From an uncultured delta proteobacterium (lineage in GTDB: Bacteria; Myxococcota; Myxococcia; Myxococcales; Myxococcaceae): a DNA stretch of 64,000 nt. Below the pieces are notes generated by a model, which was given only the letters and a program-made list of their open reading frames with translations, had not been told where the DNA came from and searched no databases. Below, in pieces: positions 11,828 through 19,464 of this stretch (its first letter is position 1; every line of letters starts with the position of its first letter). The DNA lies in the NCBI GenBank assembly GCA_963796055.1, contig CAWCKH010000001.1, positions 128,001 through 192,000 on the forward strand. Reading direction: 5' to 3'. The position numbers and the translations under genes were made by a program.

Positions 11828-13350
11828 GCCAGCGCGTCGTCTACGTGCACCTGCCGCGCTTCCCGGTGCAGCGCCGGGTGCTGGACGAGCCCGCGCTCGC
11901 CGGCCAGCCGCTGGCGCTGGTGCACGAGGCCAGGGGAGTTCTTCGAGTCTTCTTCGCCTCCGGCGTTGCCCAGCGCGAGGGCATCCGCGCAGGGATGACG
12001 CTCACCTCCGCCCGCGCACTCCTCCCGGCGCTCCGCGATGGGCTCTACGACGCGGTGGCCGAGGCGCAGGCGCTGTCCTCGCTCGCCGAGGGCTTCCTCC
12101 GCTTCGCTCCGGCCTTCATGCCCGCGGCGCCGGACGGGCTGTGGCTGGACGCCTCGGCGGCCTCGCTCTTCGGCGGAGAGACCGGGCTGGTGGAGAAGGT
12201 GGAGGCGCAGGCCCGGGCCGCCGGGTACCGGGCGCGGGTGGTGCTCGCCTCCGAGCTGTTCACCGCGCGGGCCCTGGCCCGGTTCGGCGCCGGGAGCCGA
12301 GTGTGCGTGGCCCCGGGCGACTCGGAGCGCGCGCTCGCCGCGCTGCCGCTCCAGGCGCTGGAGGACGCCCCGGACGTCGTCGCCTCGCTGCGAGCGCTCG
12401 GGCTGTCCACGCTCGGCGAGCTCGGAGCGCTGCTGCCCCCCCAGGTCATCTCCCGGCTCGGGGCGCAAGGGCTCCGCGCCCAGCGGCTGGTCCGCGGGCA
12501 GGACGAGGCGCGGCTTCTCCCGGCGGTGCTGCCCGAGGTGGTGGAGGAGGTGCGCACGCTGGAGGCCCCGGCCGAGGCGCTCGAGCCGTTGCTCTTCGCG
12601 CTCAAGGCCGCGCTGGATCGGCTCTCGGCCCGGCTCCGGGGGCGGCAGCGCGCGGCGGTGCGGCTGACCCTCACCCTGGTGCTCGAGCCCACCGGGCCGT
12701 ACCCGGTCCCGCTCGCCCTGGCCCGGCCGACCACGGATCCGAAGCTGCTGCTCGACCTCGTCCGCCACCGGCTCGAGTCGGTGCGGCTCGATGCCCCGGT
12801 GGCCACGCTCGTCGTCACCGTGGACGACTCCTGCGAGGACCGCGGGCGGCAGGGCGTGCTCGGGGACGCGCCGGCGGGGGACGCGGCGCTGGAGACGGTG
12901 CTGGCGCGGCTGGCCACCGCGCTCGGCCCGGAGGCGCTGGGCAGCCCGGTGCTGGCCGACGACCACCGCCCCGAGGCGGCCCATGCGCCCGGGGACTTCC
13001 GTCCCCCCCGGCGCGAGCCCGGGATGTTCGCCGAGGCACGGCGGGCCTCTCCTGCTCTTCCCGTCCCCCCGGACTGGCAGCTGGAGCGACCGGTGTGCCT
13101 CCTCGCCGGCGAGGGCGAGCCCATCGAGGTGGAGCTGGATGCGCTCGGGGCGCTCCGCTCGGCGCGCGTCCTCGGCAAGCGACGACGAGTACTGGCCGTC
13201 GCCGGGCCGGAGCGCCTCGGCGGTCAGTGGTGGAGCGCGGCGCCGTTCCAGCGGGACTATTACCGGGTGCACCTCGAGGGGCTCGGACCGGCGTGGGTGT
13301 ACCGGTGCGCGGTGAAGAGTCGGTTCTATCTTCACGGGCTGTTCGACTAG
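11824..13350 (+). CDS. imuB: ImuB, catalytically inactive Y-family polymerase homolog
   Basis: Y-family-like N-terminus (YVHLPRFP, GIRAGMTL, PDGLWLD) lacking the catalytic acids; C-terminal GPERLGGQWW...RDYYRV...LHGLFD; GTGA overlap with imuA. Confidence 0.9.
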   Translation: MSQRVVYVHLPRFPVQRRVLDEPALAGQPLALVHEARGVLRVFFASGVAQREGIRAGMTLTSARALLPALRDGLYDAVAEAQALSSLAEGFLRFAPAFMPAAPDGLWLDASAASLFGGETGLVEKVEAQARAAGYRARVVLASELFTARALARFGAGSRVCVAPGDSERALAALPLQALEDAPDVVASLRALGLSTLGELGALLPPQVISRLGAQGLRAQRLVRGQDEARLLPAVLPEVVEEVRTLEAPAEALEPLLFALKAALDRLSARLRGRQRAAVRLTLTLVLEPTGPYPVPLALARPTTDPKLLLDLVRHRLESVRLDAPVATLVVTVDDSCEDRGRQGVLGDAPAGDAALETVLARLATALGPEALGSPVLADDHRPEAAHAPGDFRPPRREPGMFAEARRASPALPVPPDWQLERPVCLLAGEGEPIEVELDALGALRSARVLGKRRRVLAVAGPERLGGQWWSAAPFQRDYYRVHLEGLGPAWVYRCAVKSRFYLHGLFD

Positions 13351-13363
13351 GAGGATCACCACC

Positions 13364-13828
13364 ATGGCGCGACCACTCGATCTCTCGACCGTTCCCGTCC
13401 GCGTCGGCTCGGGCTATCCGCCTCCCTTCGACGCGCCTTGCCTTGCACGCCGTCGCGAGCGTCTGGGCAAGGCCGCCGGTCTGACGCAGTTCGGGGTGAA
13501 CCGGCTCACGCTCCAGCCCGGCACCTGGTCGAGCCAGCGGCACTGGCACACCCACGAGGACGAGTGGGTCATGGTGCTCGAGGGCGAGGTGGTTCTGGTC
13601 TCGAACGACGGCGAGCAGCGGCTGGTCGCCGGCGACATGGTCGGTTTTCCGGCCGGCGTTCCCGACGCGCACCATTTCCAGAACCGGTCCGCCCGTGCGG
13701 CGATCCTCCTGGAGATCGGGACCTGCGCCGAGGCGGTGGACCAGACCGAGTACCCGGACATCGACCTCCGCGCCCGGAGCGATGGCTACGTCCACCGTGA
13801 CGGGACGCCGTACCCCCGGCAGGGGTGA
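13364..13828 (+). CDS. Cupin-domain protein
   Basis: GLTQFGVN, SSQRHWHTHEDEWVMVLEGE and AHHFQN cupin metal motifs; strong GGAGG RBS. Confidence 0.9.
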   Translation: MARPLDLSTVPVRVGSGYPPPFDAPCLARRRERLGKAAGLTQFGVNRLTLQPGTWSSQRHWHTHEDEWVMVLEGEVVLVSNDGEQRLVAGDMVGFPAGVPDAHHFQNRSARAAILLEIGTCAEAVDQTEYPDIDLRARSDGYVHRDGTPYPRQG

Positions 13829-13966
13829 AGCCGGACCCGCGGCAACGGCGCCGTCAGTGACGGGTGGTGTCCCACATCCGCCGAGGGTGACTCCCTCCGG
13901 CACGCGATCGTCTGACGCCGGTTTCAGGCCATCCCCGGCGGGTCGCGCTAGGCTGACCGCTCCTCC

Positions 13967-14773
13967 GTGGCCGCCGAACGCTCACGCCCTGCCGCTGCGT
14001 CGCGAACCGACAGCTCGGTCGAGCCGGTCCGGGAGCGGAGCTACGGCGAGGAGGAGGTCGCGACCATCCTCCATCGCGCCGCCCAGCTCGAGCGCGACCG
14101 GGGAAGCACGGGCGGTGTGCTCGCCCTGGAGGAGATCGAGGCGGTGGCCCGCGAGACCGGCATCGACACGGCGCTCGTCCGGCAAGCCGCGCGCGAGCTG
14201 GAGGAGGGGACGGGTGAGGGCATCGGAGCGACGATCGCCGGGGCCCCGCTCCGGCGGACGATCGAACGGGTGGTGCGTGGGGAGATCGGCGCCGAGCACC
14301 ACGAGCGCCTGGCCGCGGAGATCCGCGAGGTGCTCTCGTCCTCGGCGGTCGGGAGCCGCTGGATGCTCCCCGGCGGCATCTCCACCATCGGCCGGACCCT
14401 GACCCTTTCGGGGTTCACCGGCACGAGCGCGATCGAGGTCACGGTCGCGCCGCGCGACGGGAGGACGGTCATCCGCCTCGGCTCCGATCGCTCGCAGCTC
14501 GCCGGCGGTCTGTTCGGTGGCATCGTCGGAGGGGTGGGCGGCGGCTTCGGCGCGAACGTGGGGTGGATGATCCCGGCGCTGCTGCACCTGCCGTGGGTGA
14601 CCGGGCTCGCCGGGGCCGCGCTGGTCGTCTTCGGCGCCTACGCGCTGGCCCGGGGCATCTTCGTCACCAATGCCCGCGGCCTGGACCGGCGGCTGGAGGC
14701 GCTCGCCGACCGGCTGGAGGCCATCGCGCAGCAGGCGACAGAGAGGCAGTCACTGCCCTCCACCGGGCTCTGA
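13967..14773 (+). CDS. Hypothetical membrane protein with glycine-zipper TM hairpin
   Basis: Helical N-terminus (YGEEEVATILHRAA...LEEIEAVARETGID); C-terminal GGLFGGIVGGVGGGFG plus a second TM helix. Confidence 0.7.
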   Translation: MAAERSRPAAASRTDSSVEPVRERSYGEEEVATILHRAAQLERDRGSTGGVLALEEIEAVARETGIDTALVRQAARELEEGTGEGIGATIAGAPLRRTIERVVRGEIGAEHHERLAAEIREVLSSSAVGSRWMLPGGISTIGRTLTLSGFTGTSAIEVTVAPRDGRTVIRLGSDRSQLAGGLFGGIVGGVGGGFGANVGWMIPALLHLPWVTGLAGAALVVFGAYALARGIFVTNARGLDRRLEALADRLEAIAQQATERQSLPSTGL

Positions 14774-14800
14774 GCCATCGCGGGGCTGCAGCCCACGGCG

Positions 14801-14840
14801 CGGCCACCGCATGTCCGGCCACCGCATGTCCGGCCGCCGC
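14801..14840 (+). repeat. 15-bp tandem repeat CGGCCACCGCATGTC, two copies plus a partial third
   Basis: Exact copies at 14801-14815 and 14816-14830, then CGGCCGCCGC. Confidence 0.8.
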
Positions 14841-14908
14841 CAGCCTTCCGGCTCATCGCCCGTCGATCGCGACCGGGGCGTTGCGCCGCGGCCGGGCGGC
14901 CGACATGC

Positions 14909-15508
14909 ATGCGGACGATGCCCCCGGATGATTCACTCCCGCGGCTCGGGCGCGTGCTCCTCGTCTCCTCGGACCCACTGGTCCGGGCGGGGCTCTCCGG
15001 GCTGCTCGGCGGCGCGGGCATCGCAGTCACCGTCGAGGCCGGCACACCGGTGGAGGCGGTGGTCTGGGACACCGCCAGCGCACCGCCGCCGGTTCTCGGC
15101 CCCGGGGGCCCTCCGGTGCTGGCGCTGGTGCACGGGGAGCAGGACGCCCGTGCGGCGCTGTCGGGAGGAGCGGCCGGGGCGCTGCTCCGGACGACCGATG
15201 CGCCCACCCTCCACGCGGCCTTGCTCGCCCTCGTACGCGGGCTGGTGGTGACCGAGCACGGGTTCACCTCGCTCCGGCCCGCCCCGGAGCCACGCCCGGC
15301 CGCAACCGCCGAGGCCTTCACCCCCCGCGAGCGTGAGGTCCTCGCCTTGCTCGCCCGCGGCCTGTCCAACCGCGACATCGCCGACGCGCTCGAGATCAGC
15401 GGCCACACCGCCAAGTTCCACGTGAATTCCATCCTCCACAAGCTGGGGGTGGAGCGGCGCACCGAGGCGGTGATCCGCGCCGCACGGATCGGGCTGGTCA
15501 CGCTCTGA
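14909..15508 (+). CDS. LuxR/NarL-family regulator with degenerate receiver domain
   Basis: C-terminal FTPREREVLALLARGLSNRDIA...TAKFHVNSILHKLG; shortened REC-like N-terminus. Confidence 0.9.
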   Translation: MRTMPPDDSLPRLGRVLLVSSDPLVRAGLSGLLGGAGIAVTVEAGTPVEAVVWDTASAPPPVLGPGGPPVLALVHGEQDARAALSGGAAGALLRTTDAPTLHAALLALVRGLVVTEHGFTSLRPAPEPRPAATAEAFTPREREVLALLARGLSNRDIADALEISGHTAKFHVNSILHKLGVERRTEAVIRAARIGLVTL

Positions 15509-15598
15509 GGCCCTTTCGGGACCTGCCCGGATGGGGAGGGCGCGGGACTCGCCTTCCGGGCGATGTGCGCGGACGACGGGCCTCGTAGCTTCTCCCCC

Positions 15599-16501
15599 AT
15601 GACTGCTCCTTCTCCGTTTGCCGCCGCCACCGTCCTCTCCGACGCTCTCGCCGCCGCCACTGCCCGCGTGGGCGAGGGGCTGGTCTCGGTCTCTGGCCGG
15701 CGCTGGCCCATCACCGGCATCGTCCAGGCAAAGGACCTGGTCCTGACCGCGGCCCATGCCGCCGACCGCGAGGACGGCCTGCGGGTCCACGCCGGGGGGA
15801 CCTGGCATCCGGCCCAGCTCGTGGGGCGTGACCCCGGCATCGACCTCGCGTTGCTCCGGGTGTCCGGGGCGAACCTCTCGCCGGTGACCTGGCTCGATCC
15901 CTCGCAGCGGCGCGTGGGCACCCTGGTGCTCGCGGTGTCGAGGCCCCGCGGCGCACTGCGGAGCCGCCTCGGCGTCCTCTCGGTCGTCGAGCCTGGCTTT
16001 CTCACCCCGTGGGGCGCGCGGGTGGACGCCACCCTCGACGCCGACGTGTCGACCCGGCCCGGGCTCGCCGGCGCGGCGCTGGCCGACGCGGAGGCGCGGG
16101 TGATCGGGATGTACGTGTCGGGTGGACCCCGCGAGCGCCGGGTGGTGTTGCCGGCCGAGACGCTGGCCCGCGTGACCTCCGAGCTGCTCGCCCACGGGCG
16201 GGTGCGCCGGGGTTACCTGGGCGTGGGCACCCAGCCGGTGCGGCTGCAGGGACAGGCCCGGGCCGCCGCCGGACAGCAGACCGGGCTGCTGGTGCTCTCG
16301 GTGGAGCCGGGCGGCCCGTCGGACGCGGCGGGCCTCGCGCTGGGGGACGTGCTCCTCGCGCTCGACGGCACGCCGATGGAGGACGTGCACGATCTCCTCG
16401 CCCGGCTGGCGCACGACGCGGTGGGCCGTTCGCTGCCGCTGAAGCTGCTCCGCGGCGGGAAGGTGGAGGAGCGCACGGTGGCGGTGGGAGTCCGGCCGTG
16501 A
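15599..16501 (+). CDS. S1C (HtrA-like) trypsin + PDZ protein lacking the catalytic serine
   Basis: LTAAH and DLALL are present but GNSGG is replaced by GLAGA; RGYLGV linker and PDZ domain. Confidence 0.85.
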   Translation: MTAPSPFAAATVLSDALAAATARVGEGLVSVSGRRWPITGIVQAKDLVLTAAHAADREDGLRVHAGGTWHPAQLVGRDPGIDLALLRVSGANLSPVTWLDPSQRRVGTLVLAVSRPRGALRSRLGVLSVVEPGFLTPWGARVDATLDADVSTRPGLAGAALADAEARVIGMYVSGGPRERRVVLPAETLARVTSELLAHGRVRRGYLGVGTQPVRLQGQARAAAGQQTGLLVLSVEPGGPSDAAGLALGDVLLALDGTPMEDVHDLLARLAHDAVGRSLPLKLLRGGKVEERTVAVGVRP

Positions 16502-17403
16502 CCTCGTTGACCGAGCTGTCCGACGCGCTCCAGCAGCTCGTCTCGCGCGTCAGCCCGGCGGTGCTCGGCGTGGAGCAGGGCAGGGGCGCGGGGACGGGCG
16601 TGGTCGTGGCCCGTGACGGCTACCTCCTGACAAACCACCACGTCGCCGGCAGCGGCAGATCGCTGCGCATCCGGCTTCCCGGGGGCGAGACCACCAAGGG
16701 GGAGCTGGTGGGCTCGGACCCGGCGACGGACCTCGCGGTGGTGCACGTCACCGATGCGCCGCTGGTGCAACTCTCGCTCGCCGATCCGGCCTCGATCGCC
16801 GTCGGGCAGCTGGTGGTCGCCATCGGCAATCCCTTCCGCTTCGAGCGGAGCGTGTCGCTGGGCATCGTGAGCGCGCTCGACCGGAGCCTCCCCGGACCGA
16901 ACGGCACGCTCTTCGAGGGGCTGCTCCAGACCGACGCGGCGATCAACCCTGGCAACTCGGGCGGACCGCTGGTGAACGCCCGCGGGGAGGTGGTGGGCAT
17001 CAACACCGCCGTCATCCCCTGGGCGCAAGGAATGGGCTTTGCCGTGTCTGCGCGCACCGCCACCTGGGTGACCTCGGTGCTGATGAGCCGCGGGAAGATC
17101 GACCGCCGGTACCTCGGTGTCGCGGCGCGCAGCGAGCAGCTCTCCCCCGAGCTCGCCACGGCCACCGGTCAGCCCAAGGCGGTGCGCATCCTCCAGGTGG
17201 GAAGCGGGTCCCCCGCCGACACCGCGGGGCTCCGGCCCGAAGATCTCTTGCTCGGGGTGCACGGGGAAGCGGTGGGGAACGTCGACGACATCCATCGCCT
17301 CATGGTGACCCGTGGGTTGGAGGTGGTGCCCCTCGCGCTCTGGCGCCGGAACACCCGCGAGTTCGTCACCGTGGTCCCGAGCCGGGAACGACTCGCCGCC
17401 TGA
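16498..17403 (+). CDS. S1C (HtrA/DegS-like) serine protease with PDZ domain
   Basis: LTNHHV, TDLAVV and QTDAAINPGNSGGPL give a complete triad; GTGA overlap with the preceding gene; no signal peptide. Confidence 0.92.
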   Translation: MTSLTELSDALQQLVSRVSPAVLGVEQGRGAGTGVVVARDGYLLTNHHVAGSGRSLRIRLPGGETTKGELVGSDPATDLAVVHVTDAPLVQLSLADPASIAVGQLVVAIGNPFRFERSVSLGIVSALDRSLPGPNGTLFEGLLQTDAAINPGNSGGPLVNARGEVVGINTAVIPWAQGMGFAVSARTATWVTSVLMSRGKIDRRYLGVAARSEQLSPELATATGQPKAVRILQVGSGSPADTAGLRPEDLLLGVHGEAVGNVDDIHRLMVTRGLEVVPLALWRRNTREFVTVVPSRERLAA

Positions 17404-17524
17404 GCCCAGGGCGCCGCCCGATCTGCTCCGCCCCCGAGCAGCGGGCCGAGGCGGCGGCGTCGGTAGCCTGGGAAGACGTTCGGTTGATGCCGGGGCCGGT
17501 GGTCGATGGCAATCTCCGCCGACC

Positions 17525-19009
17525 ATGCCCTTCATCCGAGCCGCCCTCCTGTTCGGTACCTTCCTGGCCGGCGCCTCCCTGGCCGCGCAGGCCACGCCGT
17601 CCGATGCACGCACCGCGCTGAAGCGGCGTGCCGAGGGAGACACCCCGCTCGTCGCCGACACCTTCGAGCTCTGCAATCGGATCGGGGGACGCATCACCGG
17701 CACGCCGGCGCTGGACCGGGCGGTGCAGTGGGGTGTGGAGAAGTTCAAGGCCCTCGGTGTGGACTCGGTCGTCACCGAGAGCTACGCCGTACCGTTCCTC
17801 TGGCTGCCGGGCATGGTGGAGGTCACCGCGACGGCTCCCGAGCCCTTCTCGCTCCGCGCCGTGGCCGCGCCCGGAACGGCGTCGACCGGCGCGCCGGTCG
17901 AGGCCAGGGTGGTGGACGTCGGCGAGGGCCTGCCGGCGGACTGGGCCAGGGTGGGCACCGCGACCTCCGGTGCCATCGCCCTGGTCCACACCAAGGAGAT
18001 GAAGACCTTCGAGGATCTCTTCGCCGAGTACATGCGCGCCAGGCCGCTGCTCAAGGCTGCCATCGAGGCGCAGGTGAAGGGCCTCCTCCTGCAATCCACC
18101 CGGCCGCGGGGATTGCTCTACCAGCACCCGATGGTGCTCGGCCGGACGCCGGCCACCGTGCCGGTGGCGCTGGTCTCCCGCGAGCACGCCGACCGGCTCG
18201 CCCGGCTCGCCGATCGCACCGAGGTCCGTGTCCGGATGGACGTGGTGAACCGCATCGGTCCGTCCTTCGACGCCCTGAACGTCGTCGCCGAGATCCGCGG
18301 GAAGGAGAGGCCGGAGGAGGTGGTGGTGCTCGGGGCGCACCTCGACAGCTGGGCGCTGGGCACCGGCGCCGAGGACAACGGGGTGAACAGCGCGCTGGTC
18401 ATCGACGTGGCGCGGGCCTTCAAGGAGCTGGGCCTCCAGCCTCGCCGGACGGTGCGCTTCGTGCTGTTCACCGGCGAGGAGCAGGGCATGTGGGGCTCCG
18501 CAGGTTACGTCGAGCGACACAAGGCCGAGCTGGACCGGCACGCCGGCGTCGTCATCTTCGACATCGGCTCGGGGAGGACGCGCGGGTTCTACGTCAGCGG
18601 CCGGCCCGAGCTTCGCCCGGTGCTCGCGCGGGCCCTGTCCATCTACCCGGGGATGGGCCCCTCGGCGCACGCCCTGGACGGCCTCGACGGAACGGACAAC
18701 TTCGACTTCCTCTTGAGCGGAGTGCCCAACTTCGTCGCCGACCAGGACCCAGCGCCCTACCTGCCCGACTACCACGCCGAGTCCGACGTCCCCGGGCGGG
18801 TGAACGGCAAGGAGGCCCGACGCAATGCCGGGCTCGCTGCGACGTTGGTCTGGAGCCTGGCGAACTCTCCCAGGACCATTCCCAGGCGCCAGACCCGGGC
18901 GCAGGTGGACGCGCTGCTGGTCAAGACCAAGCTGGTGGAGCAGATGAAGGCGTTCAATCAGTGGGACGACTGGACGTCGGGGCGGCGCGGATTTCCGCCC
19001 GGCCCGTGA
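17525..19009 (+). CDS. Secreted M28 metallopeptidase with PA domain (carboxypeptidase Q-like)
   Basis: Signal peptide; GAHLDSW, GAEDNG, FTGEEQG and YHAESD zinc-ligand motifs. Confidence 0.9.
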   Translation: MPFIRAALLFGTFLAGASLAAQATPSDARTALKRRAEGDTPLVADTFELCNRIGGRITGTPALDRAVQWGVEKFKALGVDSVVTESYAVPFLWLPGMVEVTATAPEPFSLRAVAAPGTASTGAPVEARVVDVGEGLPADWARVGTATSGAIALVHTKEMKTFEDLFAEYMRARPLLKAAIEAQVKGLLLQSTRPRGLLYQHPMVLGRTPATVPVALVSREHADRLARLADRTEVRVRMDVVNRIGPSFDALNVVAEIRGKERPEEVVVLGAHLDSWALGTGAEDNGVNSALVIDVARAFKELGLQPRRTVRFVLFTGEEQGMWGSAGYVERHKAELDRHAGVVIFDIGSGRTRGFYVSGRPELRPVLARALSIYPGMGPSAHALDGLDGTDNFDFLLSGVPNFVADQDPAPYLPDYHAESDVPGRVNGKEARRNAGLAATLVWSLANSPRTIPRRQTRAQVDALLVKTKLVEQMKAFNQWDDWTSGRRGFPPGP

Positions 19010-19020
19010 AGGAGGCGGTC

Positions 19021-19425
19021 ATGCGGTCCACGGCGTCGTGCGCAGTCCTCCTCGCCGCGGTGGTGACCCTCGGAGGAGCACGGGCCCAGAGCACCGGGGG
19101 TGGGACCGGCGGGACCACGGGCGCCACCGGGAGCACCGCCACCGGGAGCACCGGGCAGACGTCCCAGAGCGGGACGGCGGGGTCCGGCACAGCGAGTTCC
19201 CTCGACGCGGCGTCCCAGGCGGCAGCCCGCGCGCTCGGCATCTACAGGGTTCCCGGAGCTGCGCCGCTCGACGCCACGGGGGTGTACCGGGTGGACACCG
19301 GCAGTGCGGTGGGGCCCGCGACGGGGGCCTCCGGGAGCTCGGGCAGCGCGACCGCCGGGTCCTCGACCGGGACGGCCGGCAGTACCACGACGGGGGGCTC
19401 GAGCGCAGCCTCCACCGGGCCGTGA
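19021..19425 (+). CDS. Small secreted Gly/Ser/Thr-rich protein
   Basis: AAGGAGG RBS, ATG at 19021, signal peptide ending ARA-Q, low-complexity body with two G(I/V)YRV motifs. Confidence 0.75.
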   Translation: MRSTASCAVLLAAVVTLGGARAQSTGGGTGGTTGATGSTATGSTGQTSQSGTAGSGTASSLDAASQAAARALGIYRVPGAAPLDATGVYRVDTGSAVGPATGASGSSGSATAGSSTGTAGSTTTGGSSAASTGP

Positions 19426-19435
19426 CCCTGGCCAT

Positions 19436-19451
19436 CTGAACGGGCGAGCAG
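19436..19451. promoter_or_regulatory. Second LexA (SOS) box, upstream of dnaE2
   Basis: CTGAACGGGCGAGCAG; the first 11 nt are identical to the imuA box. The reverse complement matches 15/16 positions of CTRHAMRYBYGTTCAG; 13 bp before the GTG start. Confidence 0.75.
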
Positions 19452-19464
19452 TAGCGTCACCGGC

